Shown: piece after piece, positions 43,766 to 52,303 of the stretch | Position numbering within the stretch: position 1 is the stretch's first letter | How the letters are laid out: every line of letters begins with the position of its first letter | NCBI GenBank assembly: GCA_050950825.1 | Contig: JBMNIH010000004.1 | Span: 512,001 to 576,000 of the forward strand | Reading direction: 5' to 3' | From: Clostridia bacterium | Lineage (GTDB): Bacteria; Bacillota; Clostridia; JAAYHZ01 | Length of the DNA: 64,000 nucleotides | Translations under genes and position numbers: made by a program | The notes under the pieces: model-generated | Told to the model about the DNA's origin: nothing | Databases searched by the model: none | What the model saw: only the letters and a program-made list of their open reading frames with translations

Positions 43766-44389
43766 ATGCTGGATTTTAAAAAAGAGTATAAGAATCTGTA
43801 TCAGCCGAAAACATCGCCGGCTATCGTAGATGTTTCCGAAATGACCTTTATTATGGTTGACGGGAAGGGAGACCCGAATACAAGCGAAGCGTATTCCCAT
43901 GCGGTCGAATTGCTTTACGGTCTTTCTTATGCAATCAAAATGAGCAAAAAGGACATTTTGGAATATGTAGTGCCGCCTTTGGAAGGGCTTTGGAATCTTG
44001 ACGATGAAATGTTTCGAGGCGGCGGTGCCGCCATTACGGATAAAAGCAAATTCATATGGACGATGATGATACGTCAGCCGGATTTCGTTACAAAAGATAT
44101 TTTTGAAGAAGCGGTTTCGACTTTAAAAAAGAAAAAACCTCATCTCGACGGGTCCTTGGCGCGACTTGAAAAATTTACGGAAGGCTTGTGTGTACAAGTC
44201 ATGCACATCGGATCATACGATGAAGAAGCTTCAACTATTGTGCTTCTTGACCGTTATGCGGAAGAAGAGGGCTATTCGATTGATATTAACGAAAAAAGGT
44301 GGCATCATGAAATCTATCTTTCGGATCCTCGCAAGACGGAACCGAATAAATTGAAAACGGTAATTCGGCATCCGATAAAGAAAAAATAA
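43766..44389 (+). CDS. GyrI-like small-molecule-binding protein
   Basis: DFKKEYK.LY.P, VPPLEGLW, H.GSYD.E and HHEIYLSDPR. Confidence 0.85.
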   Translation: MLDFKKEYKNLYQPKTSPAIVDVSEMTFIMVDGKGDPNTSEAYSHAVELLYGLSYAIKMSKKDILEYVVPPLEGLWNLDDEMFRGGGAAITDKSKFIWTMMIRQPDFVTKDIFEEAVSTLKKKKPHLDGSLARLEKFTEGLCVQVMHIGSYDEEASTIVLLDRYAEEEGYSIDINEKRWHHEIYLSDPRKTEPNKLKTVIRHPIKKK

Positions 44390-44410
44390 CAAGATTGAAA
44401 GAAGGATCTT

Positions 44411-44674
44411 TTATTTTTTAAACTTGCTGCCTTTTCTTGCCCTTAATCTTGCCATTTTTTCTTCGATGCGTTGTTTTACACGTTCCGTTTCATCGGGATC
44501 CGGTTCGATGGCTATGATTTCACCATTGTCAAGATAGACCGAGAGCCAATCTCCTTCTTTGGCATCCGAAGGAAGCATGGAAACATCCGCGATATGCTCC
44601 GTTTCCTTGTCGCCGGCTAACAAGACGGCTTTTTTTTCATCTACGATTCGATCGATAACGGCTTTTATCTTCAT
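44411..44674 (-). CDS. DUF3006 family protein
   Basis: AVIDRI...AVLL and LP.DAKEGD; downstream of a ComEC-like MBL gene. Confidence 0.75.
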   Translation of the reverse strand: MKIKAVIDRIVDEKKAVLLAGDKETEHIADVSMLPSDAKEGDWLSVYLDNGEIIAIEPDPDETERVKQRIEEKMARLRARKGSKFKK

Positions 44675-44715
44675 GTACAAAAATGATTCCTTTCTTTTCG
44701 TTGATATCTTAAATT

Positions 44716-45867
44716 CTATCCGTTTTTCTCCGTCTCAATGCGGTAGGTTTTTCCGTCGGTAATGACTTTGACTGTACCGTGAATATCGGTTCCGTATATT
44801 TTTATATTCCTCTTTTTTAGCCTTTCGATGATCTCGGCATGAGGATGACCGTACGCATTTCCTTCTCCCGCAGAATAAACGGCTATTTCGGGGCTTACCG
44901 CATCTAAAAAAGCCGATGTACTAGATGAAGTGCTCCCGTGATGGCCCACGTGCAATATATGAGCTTTGATGTTATACCCGCGATCGAGAATTTTCTGTTC
45001 TCCGCTTTTTTCCGTATCACCGGTAAATACCAAAACGATATCACCGAATTGGATACGTGTTGCGATGGAATCGTCGTTATAATTTCCCGTAAGATCGCTC
45101 GGATGGATGACTTGTATGTATAAATCTCCAACTTGAAATTCTTCCCCGGCTCTCGGTTCGTGATAACCGGCACCGCTTTCTTCTATGGCGTCTAAAACTC
45201 TTTCAAATGTTTTCGTTGACTGAACATTCCCCGCGAGCCAAACCTCATCGACTTCAAATGCTTTCAATACTTTATCCATTTGCCCGATATGGTCGGCATG
45301 CTCGTGGGTTCCGATTAGGATATCAATGGACACAACGCCTTGGGATTTTAAATAAGGTACGACTTCATTTCCCGTATGGGTGCCCGTATCGATCAGCACG
45401 GTAAAGTTCGGACCTTGAAGCAAGGTGGCGTCGCCTTGACCGACATCGATAAAATGGATCGTCATCTCACCGTTATTGGAATCGGATAAAGGGTTGCTCA
45501 AGGGCTGTGTTGTTATCGCTTCGGATTCTTTTTGTGTTTCTTCGGTATCTTCCGGCTCGACTTTCACGGTAACTTTAATTTCCGATAAATTGCCGAGATC
45601 GGATTTTTCATCGGAGGTTTGAACATTGTCCGAAAGGGTTGTTTCGTAAGCAGAGTCGTTATTTTCAATCGTTTTGAAGGGTTCATCCGTAGACGGAATT
45701 AGTATCGTTGAAACGAAGAAAAGGATTAAAAACGCGATGAAAACGCCCGATGCTTTTTTTCGCGTATTGACTTTCAAAAATTTAATTTTTCCCGTGATGA
45801 TGCCTTTCAAGCCGATCAATATTCCGATTAACGACAGAAAAAACATTATAAACACCAATGAATCCAT
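44716..45867 (-). CDS. Membrane-anchored ComEC/Rec2-type metallo-beta-lactamase-fold hydrolase
   Basis: FIDVGQGD, THEHADHIG, FTGD, GHHGS and YGHPH. Confidence 0.88.
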   Translation of the reverse strand: MDSLVFIMFFLSLIGILIGLKGIITGKIKFLKVNTRKKASGVFIAFLILFFVSTILIPSTDEPFKTIENNDSAYETTLSDNVQTSDEKSDLGNLSEIKVTVKVEPEDTEETQKESEAITTQPLSNPLSDSNNGEMTIHFIDVGQGDATLLQGPNFTVLIDTGTHTGNEVVPYLKSQGVVSIDILIGTHEHADHIGQMDKVLKAFEVDEVWLAGNVQSTKTFERVLDAIEESGAGYHEPRAGEEFQVGDLYIQVIHPSDLTGNYNDDSIATRIQFGDIVLVFTGDTEKSGEQKILDRGYNIKAHILHVGHHGSTSSSTSAFLDAVSPEIAVYSAGEGNAYGHPHAEIIERLKKRNIKIYGTDIHGTVKVITDGKTYRIETEKNG

Positions 45868-46143
45868 ACATTATCCCCCTTTTGCCAATAAAACAAAACG
45901 TATGCCTAAAAGCATTCAAAAACATAAAGTATACGCTCACCAAAGTTTTGCTTGTTATCTTTAGTTAATGAAGCCTTATCCCCCGAATGACATATTTAAC
46001 GAGTTGATTATAGCATAAATATGTCGAAATATGTCGATTGAGTTACAAATGTTTCCTAAATCTTTATGCGGCTATGAAGACAGGGGAGATATTTTTGAAT
46101 AGTTCCTTTCATTCTTGGAAAGCTAGAATCGAGGTGATGTCAT

Positions 46144-46287
46144 ATGTCCGTCAAGCACGATAGAGAAAACAAAAAAGGGAATAAACAGGATAAGCTGAAA
46201 AATGCAACGGAATCGATTCCTTCAGGCCAACAAAATCAAGGCCATAATGCAAGAAAAGAGTCCTTAGGACCGAATGGAAAAAGGTAA
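46144..46287 (+). CDS. Small hydrophilic protein (47 aa) absent from the ORF track
   Basis: GAGGTG RBS; MSVKHDRENKKGNKQ...NQGHNARKESLGPNGKR*. Confidence 0.55.
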   Translation: MSVKHDRENKKGNKQDKLKNATESIPSGQQNQGHNARKESLGPNGKR

Positions 46288-46294
46288 GATAAGA

Positions 46295-46939
46295 ATGTCG
46301 GAAGAGCATATTCGTCAATTGCATTCTCTTTTTTCGCAAATCGAGGTTCATTTGCTGAACGACGATAAGCCGTCCGAATATCTTAATGCCGTTTATAACG
46401 ACCCGATGTTTCGACAATATCCCTTCGATATGCTCTATAAGCTGAAAAAGACGGAGCAATCCAAGGTGCACCATCCCGAGGGGAACGTTTGGAACCATAC
46501 CATGTTGGTAGTTGATGAGGCTGCACAGGCAAAAGCAAAAAGCCGTAATCCTGTCGTTTTTATGTGGGCCGCACTCTTGCATGACATCGGAAAGCCCGGT
46601 ACCACTCGGATTCGAAAGGGCAGGATTACGGCTTATGACCATGACAAATTAGGGGCGGAGCTTTCCGTAAGGTTTTTAGAATGCTTCACGGAGGATAGAG
46701 GATTTATCCGTGAGGTATCGGAATTGATTCGCTACCACATGCATATCCTTTATGTACTGAAGAGCTTGCCTTTTGCCGACTTGCAGGGACTGTGCAAGAA
46801 TACGGATATATGGGAAGTAGCTTTGCTGGGCTTATGCGACAGGCTGGGAAGGACGAATCCGGATCGTGGCAAGATAGAGGCTGACATCCGATTCTTTATT
46901 GAAAAATGCAACGTCTCCAATAAAAGCATGGACTTGTAA
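46295..46939 (+). CDS. HD-domain phosphohydrolase
   Basis: HHPEGNVWNHT, ALLHDIGKP and LIRYHM. Confidence 0.85.
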   Translation: MSEEHIRQLHSLFSQIEVHLLNDDKPSEYLNAVYNDPMFRQYPFDMLYKLKKTEQSKVHHPEGNVWNHTMLVVDEAAQAKAKSRNPVVFMWAALLHDIGKPGTTRIRKGRITAYDHDKLGAELSVRFLECFTEDRGFIREVSELIRYHMHILYVLKSLPFADLQGLCKNTDIWEVALLGLCDRLGRTNPDRGKIEADIRFFIEKCNVSNKSMDL

Positions 46940-46974
46940 TGAGAATTCTTCATATATCGTTTAAAAACGGCAAA

Positions 46975-47578
46975 TCAATGGATTTCTTCAATATTCAGTT
47001 CGATGCCCTGTTCAACAAATGTGAGCACGTTCCCGGAACGCTCCAAACGATAGACAATATAGTAATATTCAAGGGATTTGGGATAAACATCCTTGCCGTA
47101 AATTGACCATGCTTCCTCGTTAGGTTCTCGAAGCACAAAAACACCCGTTGTTCCGTTTTGGCATCCTTCAAGTCCCGGCGCAGGAACAATCCGCTTGTCA
47201 TCAATTTGCCCGGTATAGCCGGCGCCGCACACAATATGAATGACAGCGGGTTCGAATGTCCCGATTAATACTTCATCTACGTTGATTTCTGCAGTAGTAA
47301 TATAAAAGACGGATTTTGCATCCTCCTTGATTCGAACACTTTCAATTTTAGAAATTGTACCTTGAATCGTCAAATTATTGCGAATAGATTTCATCTTTTA
47401 TAATTCGCGGTATTTCTTGCGATGCGACGAAGACAGGATTGGATATGGCTTGCGCCGCAATATGATATTCCGAAGGTGTATCCATTAAAGTACCTGAAGT
47501 ATTTCCGTTTTTCACATTCGGTATTGTAATCGCAGCGGCAACAATTATGCACAGGCAGGCTGCCATTGCACTCCATTT
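46975..47578 (-). pseudogene. Remnant of a membrane-anchored anti-sigma-like protein
   Basis: KWSAMAACLCIIV TM segment without its N-terminus; frameshift near 47394. Confidence 0.55.
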
Positions 47579-47579
47579 T

Positions 47580-48032
47580 TCACATACCGGCGGCATACCA
47601 ATACCGACAAACAATAATTTTTCGTTTTTCGGTAGGAAGCTCTGAAAGAAATGCGTTTATGGCACTCACAAGCAGCTTGCGATTCCATTCATCTTCCTGA
47701 TTCTTTGAATCGGCTACAATTGCCGACGGTTCATCCAAGACCAATGCAATCTGTCCGGAGCCGCGTTTCTCTGCTTTATTTCTCTTGTAAACGTTAAAAG
47801 AAAGATTTCTTACGATCTTACCAAGATATGTAGATAATATTTTAGGTCTGTTTGGCGGAATAGAGTTCCACGCATGCAGATAGGTATCGTTTACACATTC
47901 TTCTGCATCTTCTTGATTATCTAAGATATTCTTGGCAATTGATAAGCAATAGGATCCGTATTTCTCCGATGTCACGGAGATTGCCTTTTCATTTCGCTCC
48001 CAATACATCCGAACGATTGAATCATCATCCAT
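47580..48032 (-). pseudogene. ECF sigma factor truncated in region 4
   Basis: DAEECVNDTYL.AW region 2 present; ORF ends at CRYWYAAGM before the HTH. Confidence 0.75.
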
Positions 48033-48243
48033 ATGCGATTCTTCCGTTCACCTATATACACAACTTTTGGGTTTGAATCTTACACCTCTTTTCAACATTT
48101 TTTATGGCAAAAACCTTTGAATTCAATGCTTCGTCTTCACATGATAAATATCCTGTTTATTATAGCATTTCTCTTGCCATATTCGGAAATGATTTAAAGA
48201 AAAGCCCACAAGCCTTAAGAATTTGCCGGCTCAACGCCGGCTA

Positions 48244-48298
48244 TTGACATAACGGTCTAATAGTGTTAGACTAATAACAAGGTTTAACGAAATTAGAC
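48244..48298 (+). promoter_or_regulatory. Promoter with two palindromic operators for the BlaI-like repressor
   Basis: TTGACA-17 nt-TAGACT; GTCTAA-N5-TTAGAC (48255-48271) and GTTTAA-N5-TTAGAC (48282-48298). Confidence 0.75.
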
Positions 48299-48311
48299 TT
48301 GAAGTGATGAA

Positions 48312-48677
48312 ATGAAAGATTACAAATTGGGCATGATGGAAACAAAGTTTGCCGAGCTCATCTGGGACAACGAGCCCATTTCCTCCGGTGAGCTGGTGAA
48401 GCTATGTGAAAAAGAATTGACATGGAAAAAATCGACCACTTATACTATGCTGCGCCGACTCTGTGATCGCGGTATCTTTCGGAACAGGGAGGGAACGGTC
48501 TCTTCGCTGATGTCAAGGCAAGAATTTGCCGCTCTGCAGAGCGAGAAGTTTGTTGAGGAGACCTTCGACGGTTCGCTTCCTAAATTTCTGGCGGCATTTA
48601 CGATGCGGAAGAAATTGTCCGAAGAGGAAATAAACGAGCTTCTGAGGCTGATTAATGAAAAGCGGGGTGATACCTGA
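48312..48677 (+). CDS. BlaI/MecI/CopY family repressor
   Basis: WKKSTTYTMLRRL and FDGSLPKFLAAF. Confidence 0.9.
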   Translation: MKDYKLGMMETKFAELIWDNEPISSGELVKLCEKELTWKKSTTYTMLRRLCDRGIFRNREGTVSSLMSRQEFAALQSEKFVEETFDGSLPKFLAAFTMRKKLSEEEINELLRLINEKRGDT

Positions 48678-50044
48678 TGTGGATATACACGCTTTTACCT
48701 CAAATTCTAAACATGAGCATAACGGCAAGCATAGTTATCATTCTCGTACTTGCAGCCCGATTCCTATTGAAAAAAGCACCGAAGGTATTTTCATATGCCC
48801 TTTGGGCTGTTGTTCTTTTCCGCCTTATTTGCCCCGTATCTTTTTCATCTCCAATTTCATTGATAGGGTTCATTTATCCTTCGGCAAGAACGGTTGACAA
48901 TGGCGCTTACAGCAGTCTCACTTATATCCCTACGGATATGGTACCGCAGGTGGATTTACCGGTACCGGGTATTAATGGAGCCTTACATGGCATCCTGCAT
49001 GAGGGCGGGGAGGGGACTTCCGGCGCTTCGCTTGAATTCCCGATGGCTTTTGCCACAATGCTCTGGCTTTTCGGTATCGGGGTAATGATGATATACGGCG
49101 CAGTTTCATTAATCCGCTTGCGTAGAAAGCTCACCGGCGCCGTCCGGCTGCGGGAAAACATCTATCTTGCCGACCATATCGTCACTCCGTTTGTTATCGG
49201 CATACTGCGTCCGAAAATTTATCTCCCTTCGACGCTTCGGGGGGAAGAACAGAGCTATGTTATCCTGCATGAACAGACGCATATCCGTCGACAGGACCAT
49301 CTTGTTAAAATGTTTGCTTTCCTCGTTTTGGTTGTTCATTGGTTTAATCCGCTTGTATGGGTTGCTTTTGTATTTATCGTTAAAGATATGGAGATGTCCT
49401 GCGACGAGCGGGTCATAAAGCTCATGGGTGACGATATCCGCGGTGAATACTCGACGTCTTTGCTGTCTTTATCGGCGGGGAAGCGCCTGATAAACGGCGG
49501 TATGCCTGCCTTCGGCGAGGAGAATATCAAGGGACGTATCAGGAACGTCATGAACTATAAAACACCGGCGGCTTGGGTTGTTATCCTTTCAATATTATTT
49601 GTGGTCGCTCTGAGCGTAGGTTTAGCGTTGAACAAGTATTTGGTTACATTGAATGTGGAAAATATTGCCGATGCCATTCTCACAACCGAGATAGAAGGAT
49701 GGTACCCGCTTGCAAAAGGCACGCCGTATCATCTCAATGAAGAGGAATTAAATTCTATCATCGAGTTGGTTAATAAATCATCGAAAAAACCCATTTTAGA
49801 TAAATACAAGCCAACCTACGGAGATCTGTATAAGACGTATTGCACAATTCAATTCGTGATGGCAGGTGCAAACGGCGTACCCGAAGGAACGTACAGGCTT
49901 CAGCTATACAATCATAAGGATTGGAACATCCTTCGCGGTGAAAGCGAGTATAAGCTTGCGCTCGTTGATACCGACGGAAATAAAATGTGGCAGCTCTCGT
50001 ATGATACATGTTACCAATTTAAGAGCCGCTCGAACAATATTTAA
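48677..50044 (+). CDS. M56 family (BlaR1-like) metallopeptidase sensor
   Basis: LWAVVLFRL, HEQTHIRR.DH, HWFNP and EMSCDE. Confidence 0.88.
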   Translation: MWIYTLLPQILNMSITASIVIILVLAARFLLKKAPKVFSYALWAVVLFRLICPVSFSSPISLIGFIYPSARTVDNGAYSSLTYIPTDMVPQVDLPVPGINGALHGILHEGGEGTSGASLEFPMAFATMLWLFGIGVMMIYGAVSLIRLRRKLTGAVRLRENIYLADHIVTPFVIGILRPKIYLPSTLRGEEQSYVILHEQTHIRRQDHLVKMFAFLVLVVHWFNPLVWVAFVFIVKDMEMSCDERVIKLMGDDIRGEYSTSLLSLSAGKRLINGGMPAFGEENIKGRIRNVMNYKTPAAWVVILSILFVVALSVGLALNKYLVTLNVENIADAILTTEIEGWYPLAKGTPYHLNEEELNSIIELVNKSSKKPILDKYKPTYGDLYKTYCTIQFVMAGANGVPEGTYRLQLYNHKDWNILRGESEYKLALVDTDGNKMWQLSYDTCYQFKSRSNNI

Positions 50045-50276
50045 ATCGATTGAATTCCTCTGAAGAAAATATGGACATCGGATAAAAGGAATGATTGCCT
50101 CATTCGTTTGAAAATCACGAATATGATAGACGTGATGAGTTTGATATAAAGTGTACCCTTTGTCAAGGACAAAATGAGTTTTTGATTTCAATTCATAAAT
50201 GAGTATTCAGTGGCTGTTGATTCACCTGTCCCGGACTTTGAGTACTACCATACCGGTGTTTCGGAGTCAGGTTTCC

Positions 50277-50447
50277 GCATTTATTCCACGATCCTCTTGA
50301 CAACGAGCCTCTGCCGGCATGTTTGCTGGCATCAGAGGCATCCCCCATGCTGAACAAGGCAGAAGGGCTCTGGAGGTGGTTGATGCCCGGTCAGATAGCC
50401 TAACATGCCGGGCTCTCATTGTCAAGAGGCTTTCGCGGCATAAACGC
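50277..50447 (-). other. Conserved long-hairpin element containing a sigma70-type promoter, copy A (inside IS3)
   Basis: Nested inverted repeats; homologous to 55274-55439; TTGACA-17-TAGGCT on the minus strand. Confidence 0.75.
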
Positions 50448-50457
50448 TGCCTTCCCA

Positions 50458-51417
50458 TCAGCTCTCCTTGAATCCATTTGGCTTGGGTATATTTAGTGGA
50501 TACTCGCCAGTTGTTAAATATTTGTAATACTCTGCAGGAGATAGCTTTGCTAAATCCCATTGATATCTTTCGTAGTTATAATACTCTGTCCAGTCAGTTA
50601 TTGCTGATAGGATTTCTTCATAAGTGTTACACTCTTCGATATGAATTTCATCCTTCATATGTCCGAAGAAGGACTCTTGCGGAGCGTTATCCCAGCAGTT
50701 TGCCCTTCTGGACATTGACTGCCTTAATTCGCTGTTTTTAATCAGCTGTATAAAACTAAGACTAGTGTAATGTGACCCTTGATCACTGTGGATTAGGGTT
50801 TCTGCCGTTAAGGAAATCCCATGTTTTTCAATGAGCTGATTCACTGTCTCAAGTACAAAATCAACTTCCAAAGATGGACTCACTACCCATGCTAGGAGTT
50901 CTTTTGTACAGGCATCTATAATAGTAGACATATAGCATCTAGGTGCTCTACCGTTAATAATATATGTGATATCTGTAAGCAGAACTTTCCGTGGTCCATG
51001 TTCCTCAAACTCGCGATTCAGGAGATTTGGAGCGACATAGGAAGTACCTATCGCTTTTGCTATACGTCTGTATGGATTTGCTTTGCGAATTGGGCATTTT
51101 AATCCATACTTCTTCATAAGACGCCGAATCTTTTTTATGTTCATGACAACCGGTGGAGTCTGATGCAGTAATCTCATATAAATCCCACGTGCACCCTTAT
51201 CATATCCTCTGTGTTTATATGCTTCTATGATGAGAAGAAAATCCTGTTGATCCTGTTCTTCTTTCTGTTTTCTAACTTCTTCTGTAGTGAGATAGTGATA
51301 ATAGCCGGATCTAGAAACACCAGCGATTTCGCACAGGACAGAAACATTTAAAAGATTCCCATGCAGTGCTACTGTTTCTTGTATGATTTTATACTTGGCA
51401 TTTGCAGGAATGATCAT
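50458..51417 (-). CDS. IS3 OrfB DDE transposase
   Basis: TDITY, HSDQGSHY, SRRANCWDNAPQESFF and YYN.ER. Confidence 0.95.
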   Translation of the reverse strand: MIIPANAKYKIIQETVALHGNLLNVSVLCEIAGVSRSGYYHYLTTEEVRKQKEEQDQQDFLLIIEAYKHRGYDKGARGIYMRLLHQTPPVVMNIKKIRRLMKKYGLKCPIRKANPYRRIAKAIGTSYVAPNLLNREFEEHGPRKVLLTDITYIINGRAPRCYMSTIIDACTKELLAWVVSPSLEVDFVLETVNQLIEKHGISLTAETLIHSDQGSHYTSLSFIQLIKNSELRQSMSRRANCWDNAPQESFFGHMKDEIHIEECNTYEEILSAITDWTEYYNYERYQWDLAKLSPAEYYKYLTTGEYPLNIPKPNGFKES

Positions 51418-51818
51418 AATTCCCGTGCCTCCGGATCTAAAGATACAATTTTTTTTAGAAACTCTATCTCTTGCTCCTTATATGCCAGTTGCATCTCTAG
51501 GTATTTAATCCTGTTTTCTGCTGACATATAGCCGTTTCCAGCTTGCATATAAGTATTCAAGTCACGGAATCCATTGCCTTTTTTTACTTCATTACGGATC
51601 ATTGTTTTTAATCCGCCAATCCTTATTTCGCCTAGTATCTCGGGATTAATGCCAAGAGATTTAACTATATCTTTTGGTAATTTCCCTTGCATTAGTGCAT
51701 TCCAGAATTCTTTTTTGAATTCCGCAGAGAAGTGTACAGTGCTTGGTGATACATCCAGAACATACTTGCTTTTTCTTAACTCGGACATTTCTTCTGGGGT
51801 AAATTTCTTATTTGCCAT
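51414..51818 (-). CDS. IS3 OrfA
   Basis: Upstream of orfB; ends EIEFLKK on an A8 run; ATGA overlap with orfB. Confidence 0.85.
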   Translation of the reverse strand: MANKKFTPEEMSELRKSKYVLDVSPSTVHFSAEFKKEFWNALMQGKLPKDIVKSLGINPEILGEIRIGGLKTMIRNEVKKGNGFRDLNTYMQAGNGYMSAENRIKYLEMQLAYKEQEIEFLKKIVSLDPEAREL

Positions 51819-51882
51819 ATATGCCTCCAATCCAACTACATTTATTGTAATATGCATCTGAATTGAAGTCAAAAACTGTTCT

Positions 51883-52030
51883 TGTCCGGAATATAGGGTT
51901 TTGAAAATGCATGTGTCCGAACAACAGGGATTATATAAAATCTATTGTCCGAAATGTAGGGTTTTTTCAAAAACCTAATGTCCGATGGTAAGGGTTTTGA
52001 AAACCCAAAGTGTCCAAGCTATAGGGTACA
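51883..52030 (+). repeat. Five tandem TGTCC-N7-AGGG motifs at the IS3 left end
   Basis: Starts at 51883, 51914, 51946, 51979 and 52011 (31-33 bp period); the last copy is within the terminal IR. Confidence 0.85.
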
Positions 52031-52080
52031 TTATAGATAGTTGCGACGAGATAAAAACAATGTTTTGCCCTGAAATGTCA

Positions 52081-52105
52081 AAAACCCTTGCAGCGCAAGG
52101 GTTTT
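52081..52105 (-). terminator. Hairpin downstream of tRNA-Ala
   Basis: AAAACCCTTG-cagcg-CAAGGGTTTT. Confidence 0.6.
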
Positions 52106-52116
52106 CGGTCAAAATG

Positions 52117-52192
52117 TGGTGGAGACGAAGGGACTCGAACCCTCGACCTTTCGGATGCGAACCGAACGCTCTCCCAGCTGAGCTACGCCCCC
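52117..52192 (-). tRNA. tRNA-Ala (CGC)
   Basis: GGGGGCGTAGCTCAGCTGGGAGAGCGTTCGGTTCGCATCCGAA...GTTCGAGTCCCTTCGTCTCCACCA; G3:U70 pair. Confidence 0.96.
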
Positions 52193-52303
52193 ATACAAAC
52201 GAGAATATTATACCACATTTTAAATTTTCGTAAATAGAGTATAGAGTATTATCAAAGAAATCAAAAACTTTTTACAAATGACGATGAGCCTATACCGGTA
52301 CCT

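Larger units (their letters stand above)
50147..52035 (-). mobile_element. IS3-family insertion sequence with GATA target-site duplication
   Basis: Imperfect IRs TAAAGTGTACCCTTTGTCAAGGACA / TATAATGTACCCTATAGCTTGGACA; GATA at 50143-50146 and 52036-52039. Confidence 0.9.

Noticed and set aside
44716-45867. Metallo-beta-lactamase resistance gene
   Set aside because: Motifs are of the ComEC/Rec2 nuclease-like type, with the usual DUF3006 partner.
50267-50560. ORF over hairpin copy A, and likewise ORFs 55136-55396 and 55272-55526 over copy B
   Set aside because: No RBS or recognisable motifs and no shared full-length frame; conservation follows base pairing rather than codons.
51883-52030. Possible CRISPR mini-array
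   Set aside because: Period is only ~32 bp, the repeats are degenerate and match the IS terminal IR, and there are no cas genes.
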